Shown: in pieces, positions 1 to 11,374 of the stretch | Position numbering within the stretch: the stretch's first letter is position 1 | Layout of the letters: every line of letters starts with the position of its first letter | Origin: Torpedo marmorata | Taxonomy: Eukaryota | NCBI GenBank assembly: GCA_977017645.1 | Contig: OZ360223.1 | Span: 213,590,001 to 213,654,000 of the forward strand | Reading direction: 5' to 3' | DNA length: 64,000 nt | Notes under the pieces: model-generated | Told to the model about the DNA's origin: nothing | The model's input: the letters and a program-made list of their open reading frames with translations, nothing else | The model's database searches: none | Position numbers and translations under genes: made by a program

Positions 1-282
1 ATCTAAAATAAGAAGGCATAGACTTTAAGGTGAGAGGGAAGAGGATTAAAGAGAATCAGAGAGGTAAGTTTGTTACACAGAGAATTGTTGATATCTGAAA
101 TGAGCTGCTAGAAGAGGTGGTGGAAGCAGGAACAGTTACAAGGCACCTGCACAGGTACTTGTATGAGGAAATATAGAGGGATATGGAATATGCATTTGGG
201 ATTAGTATAGATAATCACGATAGTTGGTATAGACATGCTGGGTCAAAGGGCCTGTGTCTATGCTATTCAGCCTGATGACTAT
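1..282 (+). mobile_element. CR1-type LINE 3' end fragment
   Basis: Degenerate CR1 ORF2 C-terminal DNA (agaaggcatagactttaaggtgagaggg...gaggtggtggaagcagg) followed by a CR1-type tail (ggtcaaagggcctgtgtctatgct); resembles the CR1 3' ends at about 11040-11310 and 46560-46820. Confidence 0.75.
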
Positions 283-944
283 ATAAAAAAAATTAAAAGG
301 TATGCAGGAACTGAAAGATTTGTGAGTGCATATGCACAAATATTTAGCATGATAAATTGACACTTCAGTTAAAAATTCTACCAGATCCTTAGCTTTGCAA
401 TTTGCGGCACTGAACCCAAAATCAAGCAAGCTATGTTAAGCCCTTGTATAACATTGGTTCAATATTAGAATTTAGAGCTTGAGAGGAAAACATGGAGAAA
501 ATGATGGAGAAGATTATTTGGAATCTTATGATGCTGCATAACTATGTTTATGGTGGAGAAATTGGAAAAGCTTTTGTACTGTTTAAATCAGTAAACATAA
601 AGGAGAAATTTCAAAGAGGTATTCGGAATTATGAATTATAATAGTTTCTCCTTATTTACTCTCTTTCTGGTGACAGAAGAGTTAGTGAGTACAGGACAAA
701 AAATTTAGATAAAAGACAGCAGAGCTGGAGGCAAGATGAAGAAAACTGTAACATATCAAGTTCAGATGACCTGTAATGCATCAACTGAAAGTGTGATGGA
801 AACAGATTTCATGGTATCTTTCAAAAAGGAATTGGATAAAGGCATGAATGAATGGAAATGTTTGTTGAGCTGTAGAAGCAGAGCACGGAATGGAGGAAAT
901 GGATGGGTTAATAAGTGGTAAGTAACTTTCAAACTGCAGAAGCG

Positions 945-1535
945 TCAGGCAATGACCATTTCCAACAAGAGAGAGTTTAACCAGCTACTCTTGACATTCA
1001 ATTACATTATCATGGTCAAATTCTCACTCATTGACCAGCAACACAATTGGACCAGCCATATAAATACAAGTCAGATGTTGGCTATCCTGCAGCATGTGAC
1101 TTGCCTCCTGACACCCCAAACCCTTTCCACCATTTACATTACACAATTTAGGATTGAAATGGAATAATCTCCACTTTCCTAGATAAATACCACTCCAGCA
1201 ACACCTATGCAAAACTCACTTCAATTCGTTGTCCAAACAATATAACAGAACTTCCCAAATGTGCTATGTCTAACACCAAAAAGGACAACGGTTGAGGTAT
1301 ATGGGAATGCCATCACTTGTGTGATTACCTCCAAGCCGTACACCTTCCTGATTTGGAATTATATCACCATTCCTTCATGGTTGCAAGTTCTAAATAGGGG
1401 AACACCTTTCTCTTCTGCATTTTTGGGACATCTTCAGTGGAAGGATTGCAGCAGTTAAAAAAGTTGGCTCATCATAACTTTCTCCAAGGTGGTGAAGGCT
1501 GGTCATTCAATGAAGGGCTGATCCTTCAAAGTGAA
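945..1535 (+). mobile_element. Old CR1/L2-group LINE fragment
   Basis: aatgaccatttccaacaagagagag...ttgacattcaa recurs in diverged form at about 13945-14040, so it is an interspersed repeat; no intact ORF. Confidence 0.45.
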
Positions 1536-1994
1536 TAAAAAGAAGGTCTCCTTATGTGCTGTATCTTTCTATGATTCAATGATAGGATAATATTTCTTAT
1601 ATAATCCTCCCGTGCAAACAAAAAAAAATGTAAAAATAGTAATGGAAGCCATGATACCAGGCATGTAGCTGGCCTTAATACAGCAATAATCCTAGTTTAA
1701 AATTCTACAGATGTTGATTGCATTAACTATAATGAAAAGTTATAATTGCCTTCTTCATTACAAATTCCTAATTCCTCCATTGTTATGAATGGTTATCATA
1801 GATTAAGTTTTTATACGAGATAAAACTATAATGGGTAGCAATATTCAAACAATAATACTGTGTTCTGACAGATAAGCAGCCACATGGAGAGATGCAGTGA
1901 TATTGACACAGGATGCCAGAGCAACAGAGTGCTACAATGCCAGCCTTGGGTAAGATGATGCCACTGTTGACCTTGGTGGTGGGTTAAAGCTCAA

Positions 1995-2300
1995 TTCAAG
2001 ACTTGAGAACAAAAGTCCAGACTGACTCACTTATGTGTACTGAGGGGATTCTGCATTTTCAAATGTGCTGCACTTCTGATGAGATGGTAAATCTAGAAGC
2101 TGTCATTTTCTGAGCAGGATGTTTCAAACAAGAACAAGGAAATTGTCGCCAGTCATGTAACTGACATTTACCTCTCAAAAAATATCAATAAGCAATATCT
2201 GGTCACTGTCACATTGCTTTTGGTAGGATGTTGCTATGCACAAAATGGCTATCAAAATTTCTCATAACAGTGCACGGCTGGGTAAACAGCTACAATCAAA
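1995..2300 (+). mobile_element. Degenerate DeuSINE-like element (Deu domain)
   Basis: gtactgaggggattctgcattttcaaatgtgctgcacttctgatgagatggtaaatc resembles the Deu core as I recall it (GTACTGAGGGAGTGCTGCACTGTCGGAGGTGCCGTCTTTCGGATGAGACGTTAAACC). Confidence 0.5.
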
Positions 2301-2529
2301 GATACAGAAGGTTGTATTTTTGGCCATCGAAGAAGTGGTGGCACCCACTGGTGACCTTAAAGATAGTTTCCCACCAAGATCTGATGATCATTGTGGTTTG
2401 GCCTTCCTCTTTCCCATTATTATTTGCTGTTGGACAGCATCTCAAGCAGAACACTGGTGCTCAGTATCAATAATGTCTTCAAGCTGGCTGAACAGTCAAT
2501 GTACCAGGAAATAAAAGCTTCATTTTCTA

Positions 2530-3356
2530 CAAGATTCAAGATTCAATTTATTGTCAAGCAATAAAACAGTGTCATATTACACAAAATTCCTTTTGCCTGC
2601 TGTAAGGCAGACAGATTCGCCATCGGCAGAAATTGCCTGAAGCGCCTCTTACAGTCAGAGAAAGAGAAGCAAAAGAGAGTCCCCCCAGAGTCACCCAGTG
2701 TCTGTAGATTCACCTCCGCAGCCACACAGAGTCCAGTCCAAACCATTGGCAACCCGAGCTCCAGATCCGAACCTCCGACATGGTCAGGAACCCTTCAGCG
2801 CCTTTGGCACCCCCTCGCATCCTGGTTCCGATACCTGGTACCCCTTCAGCCAGTTCGAGCCAGTCTCCAGCAGTCCGCAGCCCGGCATGAGTCTCCCGAC
2901 AGCAGTCTCCAGCAGCCCACAGCCTCAGCGGCTTCCTCGCCTTGAGTCGCCAGCAGCCTGCTGCATGCATTGGTCTTTCAGCTGCAGAGCCCCCTCACTG
3001 GTCCGCCGCCGTGGTCACCATCCTGTGGGTCGTCTCCTCTGCTTCTCCTTCTCAGACGGGGGATGGTCTCCCTGTTTTCTGGTGCCCTGCGCCAGTCCTC
3101 CGTTCCCCTGGATTCTGCAACCCCTCATGGCTGCTGCCGATCAGAGGCGCTGCCATCTTGGGCGCAGACCCCGCGGTCACGGGATTTTAAATAAAACCAC
3201 CGTCGGCTCCTTTAACGGGCCGTTCAAAGCCCATGCGAAGCTGACGCCAGTCGACTGGGCTGTTGGACCCCGCGGGAGCGCTGTATCTCCGCTCCCCTTG
3301 GGTCCGCACCAGCGGCAGCGCTGCCGTTACAGTGGCTCCGGCAGTGCCGCCATCCT
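2530..3356 (-). mobile_element. GC/CpG-rich non-autonomous retroelement with Rex-Babar-type 3' tail
   Basis: Minus strand starts AGGATGGCGGC (YY1-like motif common at LINE 5' ends) and ends TGACAATAAATTGAATCTTGAATCTTG, the same tail design as the Rex copies here; sharp compositional boundaries; no RT similarity in the ORFs. Confidence 0.6.
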
Positions 3357-3489
3357 AATGTAGTGCAATACTGGAAAATACACATTAAATTAAAATAGAA
3401 ATGGTCATATGTTAAATCTTTAAAAATCAAAAAGCATTTTTATTATTTTAAGGATTACTTATTTGAGAAAAATCAGTACATGAGCAATT

Positions 3490-4150
3490 ACGTTTATTTG
3501 TCACAAATACTTAGTATAGTGAGAAGGGTTCTTCTGCAGATAGACCAACAGGTTACCTACAGCCATGTATAGGACACTATTAACAAAGTGTGGGATTACA
3601 CTGAGAAGGAGAATCAATTAGCAGCACCGAACAAGGGCAGTGTGAGGGCACTGTGGTGTGGTTCATGCAGGAGCTTGATGGCAGCAGGGAATAAACTATT
3701 TTTAAGCCTATTGGTGCATGCTTTCATACTCTTGAGCCTTTTCCCTGATCAGAGGAAGGAATAGAGAGTGTGTCCAGGGTGTGATGGGTCTTTTGGTATG
3801 CTGGCTGCCCTTCCTAGGTAGTAGGAGATGTAGGTGGAGTTCATGGAGGGAAGGGAACTTTTTGTTACGTTCTGAGCTGCATTCATTATCTTCTGTAATT
3901 TCCGATCTTGAGCAGAGCAGCTCCCATACCACACTGTGATGCATCTAGTAAGTGCTTTCGATGGTGCACCTGTAGAAGTTGTTGAGGAATGGGGGGCATG
4001 CGAAACTTCCTTAGTTTTCTAAGAAAGTAGAGGCATTTGTGCACTTTCTTGACCATCATGTCAATGTGTTTGTCCCATGTTAGGTCATTAGGAATATATA
4101 TTCCTAAAAACTTGAAGCTATCTACTCTTTCAACTTCAAGCCATTAATCT
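3490..4150 (-). mobile_element. Rex-Babar LINE, 5'-truncated
   Basis: ORF 3749-3934 WYGSCSAQDRKLQKIMNAAQ...PKDPSHPGHTLYSFL matches the Rex1/Babar RT C-terminal region; GACAAATAAA tail near 3495. Confidence 0.85.
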
Positions 4151-4212
4151 TCAATTAGTCTTTTTTTGAGCAGGGGCTTGTTAAATAGTACTGCTGGTAT
4201 GCAATGTTAATA

Positions 4213-4468
4213 GGGCAGCATGGTTAGCATAGTGGTTAGCGTTACGCTATTACAGCGCCAGCGACCCGGGTTTGAATCTGGCACTGTCTGTAATCTGGCA
4301 CATTGTATGTTCTCCCTGTGTCTGCGTGGGTTTCCTCCGGGTGCTCCGGTTTCCTCCCACCCTTCAAAACGTACCGGGGTCGTAGGTTAATTGGGGCATT
4401 TAGGCGGCAAGGGCTCATGGGCTGGTAGGGCCTGTTACCATACTGAATGTATGTCTAAATATGTCTAA
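4213..4468 (+). mobile_element. tRNA-derived SINE (HE1/V-SINE type)
   Basis: A-box-like tagcatagtggttag, B-box-like ggtttgaatct, V domain gttctccctgtgtctgcgtgggtttcctccgggtgctccggtttcctccca, and tail gggcctgttacc...tgtctaaat. Confidence 0.9.
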
Positions 4469-6959
4469 GAATGTTCATTTACACATGAAATATCATGTAA
4501 CATTTTCAGAGCATTTTGCAATGGGAATAGTTTGGAAACACTGAAGTTCTCAACAGTGCACAAATTTTTGTAGCTTTTTGGGAAGGTTGTAAAACAGCAT
4601 ACACTAAGTAGGAGCGGGAAATCATTGACAGTAAAATCTGAATTACATGTTTGAAAATTATTCTGGAATAAAGACGTGCCAGTTAGGTTCCTATTTAATC
4701 AAATAGGCACATGAGTACAGACTAAAATCTGACCAATATAGTGTTATGATGTGAAACCTGTTAAGCAGCCATGAGATAGAAAATATACCGGTATGATTTT
4801 ATGGTAATTAATTGCATAGTAGTGTTATATTACACAAAGGTCCTGTATGAACAATGGGAAATTTTGATTTTGTCTGAACATTAGTGAATGAGGTAAAGTC
4901 CTCTTCTCTGTCACAGAGCAATATAATTTTTCAATAAGTATTTGATTCTATCAGCTAATACCAACCTTCCTATCCAATTATTTGATTGAGTTAGCATTCA
5001 TTGCTTTGGCAGTGGATCATCTGGAGTAGCATTGCTCTGGGACTTATCCTGCAAAAATTGGAACTCTGAGTTTCAAATATGCTTATCGAACAACGCCAAG
5101 TTCAAGAATTTCTGTTTGAAGATAAAATGCTAAACACTGCTTGTGGTTAATTCAAATATATCTGTAACAATTTATATAAGATTTCATAAACTAATTCAGC
5201 TTGTAAGCAATGCCTTCAGCCAGAAGTTTGAAGAAGATTGGAGATCTTCCTGAGAACATCTTATGATTATATTTTCATTGAGAGATTGTGTCAAACTTCA
5301 TTTATAAAAACAATGATGTGATAGCTTTGTGTATTTTTGTGCATTAGGTTGGTGGGATTCAGTTTTTTTAAATAATACTGTTCATGTGAGATTCACTGCA
5401 AGATTAGAGCAGTTGGCAAAATATTGTAAGTGATGCCTCATGTACCTGTTCAAGGCCACTAACAAAACAATGTCTGAAGTAGTAGGCTAGATTTTCCATC
5501 CAAAGAAACATTTGTCACCCAAAAAAAAACTTAACAAGAAGAAGGAATTATTTTAAGCAAAAGTGCAAACCATCTAGATCTCTAAAACAATAATGAGAAA
5601 AGATCATCGTGCTGATTTGGCTTATCCCACTATCATGCACTGGAATGCACAATATACAAATGAGGCATGAACAACTTTAATGGAAAATAGAAATATGTTT
5701 GTTGAACAAATTGCTAATGCATCACTAATTCAAGCCAGTGCTCCATCTTAGCTCGGAGTCTAGCACTTTCATTGCTAAAGCTGGGGGCTGTCACCAATTT
5801 ACAATAAATCAGCTAATGTGGTGGGAAATAAATCTCCTTGAAAAGAGTTGCAATGTTGGACATCAGAAAGCTTTGCTGCGACTGTAGCTTCAGGGTTTGG
5901 TAGTATTTGTTACAATGTTCACTGATACTAAGCAGTTCTTGCTCATGTTTAAGATCCTTTTTAAAAAAATACATAAATCAATAATAGAAAAGAACATATA
6001 CAGCATTTTTTAAATTACAAATGCATTTGTCAAGCAGAGGCTCTGTTTTTCAGGCTGTCGAATTCTGCTTACAGTGCTTAAAATAATCTTTATATTTCAT
6101 TAAGCAGCCAAATATGTTGCACTCGCCCAGTGGCAGTATTGATGGGTTTCAGTTGAGGCCAGCGGGAAACATGACTCTCCTGTTGTTGTTCAGTTGCCAT
6201 AGCATAATATCCAGTAGCACTCCATGAGCAAGGAGATCAGAAAGGATATTATTGGCTCAGCTAAATGCGGTGTGGCATTGATCCTGTTTGCAAAAAGTTC
6301 CCTGTGAGACTTTTTGCTTTGTATTAAATTATTCTTGCCTTAGCTTGACCTTTTAAATCTGGGGCTGCTTTAAATTCCACTAATATTTTAACTTTTGACA
6401 AAAAAAAAGATGTTAATCCTTTGCAGACAATCCATCCTTACTGAACTGTTACATAATAGAAACATCCTGATTTTTCAATCAGTATTTAATGCCAAAGGTA
6501 AGGCTGAATTGCTTCTAACCACCTTCAGCCACAAGTGCCAAGTGGATGATCAATCTTGGCTTCCCAGTCTCGCCAGTCATGAGTTTATTTCATTTCACAC
6601 AATATCAGGAAGCAACTGGGAGCCAGAGGAGTTGTGGGGGGGGGGGGGGGTGGGGGGAAGAGATCCCAACTGCTACGGTGAAGATTTGTCCTCCAGAACT
6701 TGTGCCAAATTGTTTCTGTGTGGTTACAAAACAGGCATCCACTCACTAAGGTGGAAAATTCCACATATAAGTCCTCGCTGTAAAAAGCAGAATAAATCCA
6801 GTTTGCCAATAACTTCCGTATTCATCTTCTCATTTTCACTATAATATGTGACAATGAACAATTCAATTTATCAGTTGTATCAGCCTTGTGCTCAAAAGTA
6901 TTGTCAAAATGCCTAATAAGTGACAACTCTGGTGTGCGGTTAGCGCCACACTGTTGCAG

Positions 6960-7555
6960 ATTTCAGATTTATTGTCAGAGTACATACATGACATCAAATA
7001 CAACCCTGAGATTCTTTTTCCTGCAGGCAAGGCAGCATTACCACATATTGGTAGTGCAAAAAAAACTGTACACAATGTACACATATAAAGAAATGTAAAC
7101 AAACTGTGCAATACAGAGAGGGAAAAAAATCAATAAAGTGCAAAAGTAAGAGTCCTTAAACTGATTGGGTTTATTACGTAGGAGTCTGATGGTGGAGGGG
7201 TAACAGCTGTTCCTGAATCTGGTGGTGCGAGTCTTGTGGAACCTCTTCCTCTTTCCTGATGGTAGCAGCGAGAAAAGAGCGTGTGCTGGGCGGTGTGGAT
7301 TCTTGATGATTGCTGCTGCTCTCCGACGGCAGCGTTCCCTGTAGATGTTCTCGATGGTGGGGAGGGTTTTGTCTGTGATGTCCTCGACTGTGTCCACTAC
7401 CTTTTGCAGGGCTTTACCTTATCGTGATGCAGCTGGTCAGCACACTTTCCACCACACATCAGTAGAAATTTGCCAGGGTTTCTGGTGTCATACCCAACCT
7501 CTGCAAACTCCTGAGGAAGTAGAGGCGCTGACGTGCTTTCTTCACGATGCCATTA
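6960..7555 (-). mobile_element. Rex-Babar LINE 3' fragment
   Basis: ORF 7038-7397 LPTIENIYRERCRRRAAAIIKNPHRPAHALFSLLPSGKR...RTTRFRNSCYPSTIRLL; TGACAATAAATCTGAAAT tail; flanked by a 7-bp TSD. Confidence 0.9.
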
Positions 7556-7599
7556 GTTGCAGCGCCAAGATTCAAATCCGGCGCTGTCTTTAAGGAGTT

Positions 7600-8217
7600 C
7601 AGAATCAGAATTTATTGTCATGAACAAGTCATGAAATTCAGTGTTTTGCGGCAGCATCATAGTGCAAACATTCATATTATAACCATGTTACGACATGATT
7701 ATAAAAAAATAAAAATAATAGTGCACGAAAAGTAAGGCAGTGTCTTTGGTTCATTGATTATTCAGGAATCTGATGGCAACGGGGCAGAAGCTGTCCTTGT
7801 GCCGTTGAGCGCTCATCTTTAGGCTCCTGTACCTTTTTACCGATGGTAGCAGAGTGAAGAGCGCATGGCCTGGGTAGTGGGGGACTTTGAGGATGGAGGT
7901 TGCTTTTTTAAACCACCGCCTCATGTAGATGCCCTCGATGGAGTGAAGTCTGGTGCCTGTGATGTCACAGGCCGAGTTAACAACCCTCTGGAGTTTATTC
8001 TTGTCCTGAGAGTTGGCGCCTCCATACCAGGCAGTGATGCAACCAGCCAGAATGCTCTCCACGGTACACCTGTAGAAGTTTGCGAGAGTCTTTGATGACA
8101 TACCGAATCTCCTCAGACACCTCACAAAGTATAGCCGCTGACGAGCCTTCTTTGTGATTGCATCAACGTGGAGACTCCAGGACAGATCCTCGGAGATGTT
8201 GACCCCCAGGAATTTGA
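7600..8217 (-). mobile_element. Rex-Babar LINE 3' fragment
   Basis: ORF 7751-8125 LRRFGMSSKTLANFYRCTVESILAGCITAWYG...HALFTLLPS...DSFCPVAIRFLN (DUF1891-like region); TGACAATAAATTCTGATTCT tail. Confidence 0.9.
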
Positions 8218-8394
8218 AGTTTGTGCATTCTCCCTGTGTGTGCGTGGGTTTTCCTCCGGGTGCTCCGTTTTCCTCCTACTGTTCAAAACGTACTGGGGGT
8301 GTAGGTCAATTGGGTGTAATTGGACGGCACAAGCTCGTGGACCGAAAGAGCCTGTTACCATGCTGTATATCTAAATTAAAATTAAATTAAAATA

Positions 8395-8720
8395 CCTCAG
8401 ATGGGTCTGCAAGGGTGACTGTGAGTTTCCAGTTGCTTCTTACTTTAATTCTGCATCCCTCTCTATCTTTTCTATCTTTAGATTCTTCTTTTGTTGCCAT
8501 GAAGCTCAAAGTAACCTCAATAATCAGCAACTTATTTTCTATTTGGGCACTAGACATTCCTCGGGATCAACAGTAATTTCAACAATTTCAGAAAACCAGC
8601 CTTTTCTGATTGTGCCAGAACTGACAAATTCTGGTACAAGAGACCAGAATGCAGGCGATGGTTGGTGGATCATCTGTGGGGAGAGGGCAGGATTGGCATT
8701 TCAGGGCAATGATTTTTCAT
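8395..8720 (+). mobile_element. Old Penelope-like element relic (GIY-YIG C-terminus)
   Basis: cagcaacttattttctatttgggcact reads QQLIFYLGT, similar to EQHLIFRLGT of the young PLE copies; the upstream ttccagttgcttcttactttaattct resembles PVASHFNS. Confidence 0.55.
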
Positions 8721-9289
8721 GATAGTGGTGGGGGGGGGGGGGGGGAGAGAGAATGAGACATTGAATTGTCACCCTGAATATCACTTTTTCTTTTTAAAAT
8801 ATTTTTATTGAGTTTAACATATAAACATGTATCCAAAAAATTTTTTGAGAACACATAAAAGTCATCTCATATTCATACAAATACAAAAGAAAAAAAAAAC
8901 CAAATGGAATTACATTGACCAGTTCCTAAGTTAACGTGAGAGGCTATCACTAACTCTGCTTCACTCTCTGTGGATCCTGCCTAGCCTGCTGAGCTGTTTC
9001 CAACATTTTCTGGTTCCATTTCAAGTTGCTGGCATCTTGAGGCTTTTGCTTTATAATCCCTGGCCAATTCTGAGGTAATACAGTCTTTCCCTCTTCGTGG
9101 ATACTACTTGACCTGCTAGGCTCTCCCAGCATTATTTCAGATTTCCAGCAAAGCATCACCGGAAACAGATAAAATGTGGGTAAATGGGATTGGTGTAGAT
9201 GGGCAAAAAGGTTGGTGTAGAAGGTCCTGTTGCAGCTCTACCACTAACTGAACCAGAAAGTGCTGGAAATACTCAACAAGAAATTCTTT

Positions 9290-9540
9290 TGCGCATCCAC
9301 AAACAATTCATCCACTTGCCCTTCCCAACTTCCCAAGAGGAGATCTAGCATTGCCCCCTCCCATGTGGGAACCTCTACATATTGCCGGAGGAAACTTTCC
9401 TGAACACGTTTAACAAATTCCATCCCCTCTCAACCTTTTGCATTATGACTTTCCCAGTCAATATTTGGAAAGTTATAATCCTCTACAATGACAACCTTAT
9501 TTGATCCACAGCTGGCAGCAATCTCCTGACATATTTCCAT
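9290..9540 (-). mobile_element. CR1 endonuclease-domain fragment
   Basis: ORF 9430-9624 contains NKVVIVEDYNFPNIDWESH, homologous to KVVIIGDFNFPHIDWDAH in the CR1 at 48.9 kb. Confidence 0.75.
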
Positions 9541-9544
9541 TCTG

Positions 9545-11310
9545 AAAACTTTGTTATTTGTAATGTGTATTATTGACTTGGTTATGAATGGAGGAAGTAT
9601 GATCTGTACGATTGCGGATGACACAAAAGTTGGTGTTGTGGATAGTGAGGAAAGGTATTTAAGGTTACAGCTGGATATATATCATTTGGAAAATTGGACG
9701 GTCTGTTGGGAAATGGAATTTAATTCTGACAAGGGTGAGGTAATGCTTTTTGGGAAGTCTAATAGGGGAGGTCAGCAAGAAATGTTGATAAACAGTGGGA
9801 CTTTATGTTTCAAAACATAGCTCCCTGAAGATGGCAACATAGATAGCGAAGAAGGCAGATGACGTGCTTGCTTTCATAGGTAACGACACAGAATATAAAA
9901 GTTATGTTGCAACTTTACAAAACATTGGTTAGATTGCTGTTGGAGTATCATATGCAGTTCTGATGAGCCTTTGGGGACCAATGACCATTGTTCTATTAGA
10001 TTTTAGATAGTTATGTAGAGACTGGGCAGGACCATGAGTTAAAATAGTGCAAGGCCAACTTTGAAGGTATAAGACAAGAACTAGGTCAAGTTAATTGGCA
10101 CAGGTTGTTTGTAGGAAGAGGAACATTAGGAAAATGGGATGTATTTAAAGGTGTGTTTACGCGAGTCCAGGACATGCACGTTCCTGTCAGAGTGAAGGGT
10201 CAGACATGTAAGCGTCGGGAAGCATGGTTGATGAGGGAAATTCAGTCAAGAGTAAGAAGGAGGGATAGTAGATTTGATAGAAAATTGGTTTCATGGAAGA
10301 AAGCTGAGGGTGATAGTGGAAGATTGATTTTTAGACTGGAGGCCTGTGACCAGTGGTGATTGGGCCCATTGTTGTTTGTCATCTACATCATTGATTTTGA
10401 TGAAAACTTATATGACATGATTAGCCAAGTTTGCGGATGGCACTAACATGTCTGGTATTGTAGATAGTGAAGACAGTTGCCAAAAATTGCAGCAGGATCT
10501 TGATCAGTTGGGCAGGTGGGCAGAGGAATAGTTGATGGAATTTAATTTGGACAAAGTGACGTATTGCATCTTGAGAAGTCTAACATGGGTAGGACCTACA
10601 CAGTGAATGGTAGGGATCTGATGAGTGTTGTAGAGCAGAGTGATCTAGGAGTATAGGTAGTTGGTACATTGAAAATAGAGTCACAGGTAGATAGGGTTGT
10701 CAAAAAGGCATTTGGCACATTGGCCTTCATCAGTCAGCGTATTGAGTATAGAAGTTGGGACATCATGTTGGTGAGGCTCCATTTGGAGTATTGTGTTCAG
10801 GTTTGTCACTGTGGTTCAGGAAAGATGTTGTCAAGGTGGGAGGGTACAGAGAAGATTTACAATGATGTTGCCAGGAGTCGGGGGCCTGAGCTATAGGGAG
10901 TAGTTCAGTAGGCTCGGACTTTATTCCTTGGAGCACAGGAGGATGAGGGGTGATCTCACAGAGATAATGAGAGGAATAATGAGAGGAATAGACCGGGTGA
11001 AAACAGAGAGTGTTTTGCACAGAGTAGGGGTAATCTGTAACCAGAGGGCACAGGTTGAAGGTGAGGGGAGAGAAATTGAACAGAAAACGGAGGGTTAACT
11101 TCTTTTACACAGCGGGTCGTCAGTGTATGGAACAGGCTGCTGAAGGAGGTGATTGAGGCAGGTACTATTGTAATATTTAAGAAAAGGTTGGATGGATACA
11201 TGGATGGGATAGGTTTAGAGGGAGATGGGCCAAATGCAGGCAGATGGGACATTTTGGTTGGCATGGGCAAGTTGGGCTGAAGGACCTGTGTCCATGCTGT
11301 ATGACTCTAT
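9545..11310 (+). mobile_element. Composite of decayed CR1 LINE fragments (RT and 3' end)
   Basis: IADDTKVGVVDSEE...WEMEFNSDK (9551-9820) and QVDRVVKKAFGTLAFISQRIEYRSWD (10669-10896); tail gggctgaaggacctgtgtccatgctgtatgactctat; many stops and frameshifts. Confidence 0.85.
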
Positions 11311-11374
11311 ATGTCCCGGGCCATGTTCAGCCACAAGCTGCTAAATGATAAGTAATGTTCACATTACTCTAGTA

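Larger units (their letters stand above)
6928..8392 (+). mobile_element. HE1/V-SINE split into three pieces (about 6928-6959, 7556-7599, 8218-8392) by two LINE insertions
   Basis: The three pieces concatenate into a SINE collinear with the intact copies at 4213 and 53853; GTTGCAG is duplicated at 6953-6959 and 7556-7562. Confidence 0.85.

Noticed and set aside
2698-3363. 221-aa plus-strand ORF
   Set aside because: Low-complexity Pro/Ser/Arg frame antisense to a GC-rich repeat; non-ATG start and no recognisable domain.
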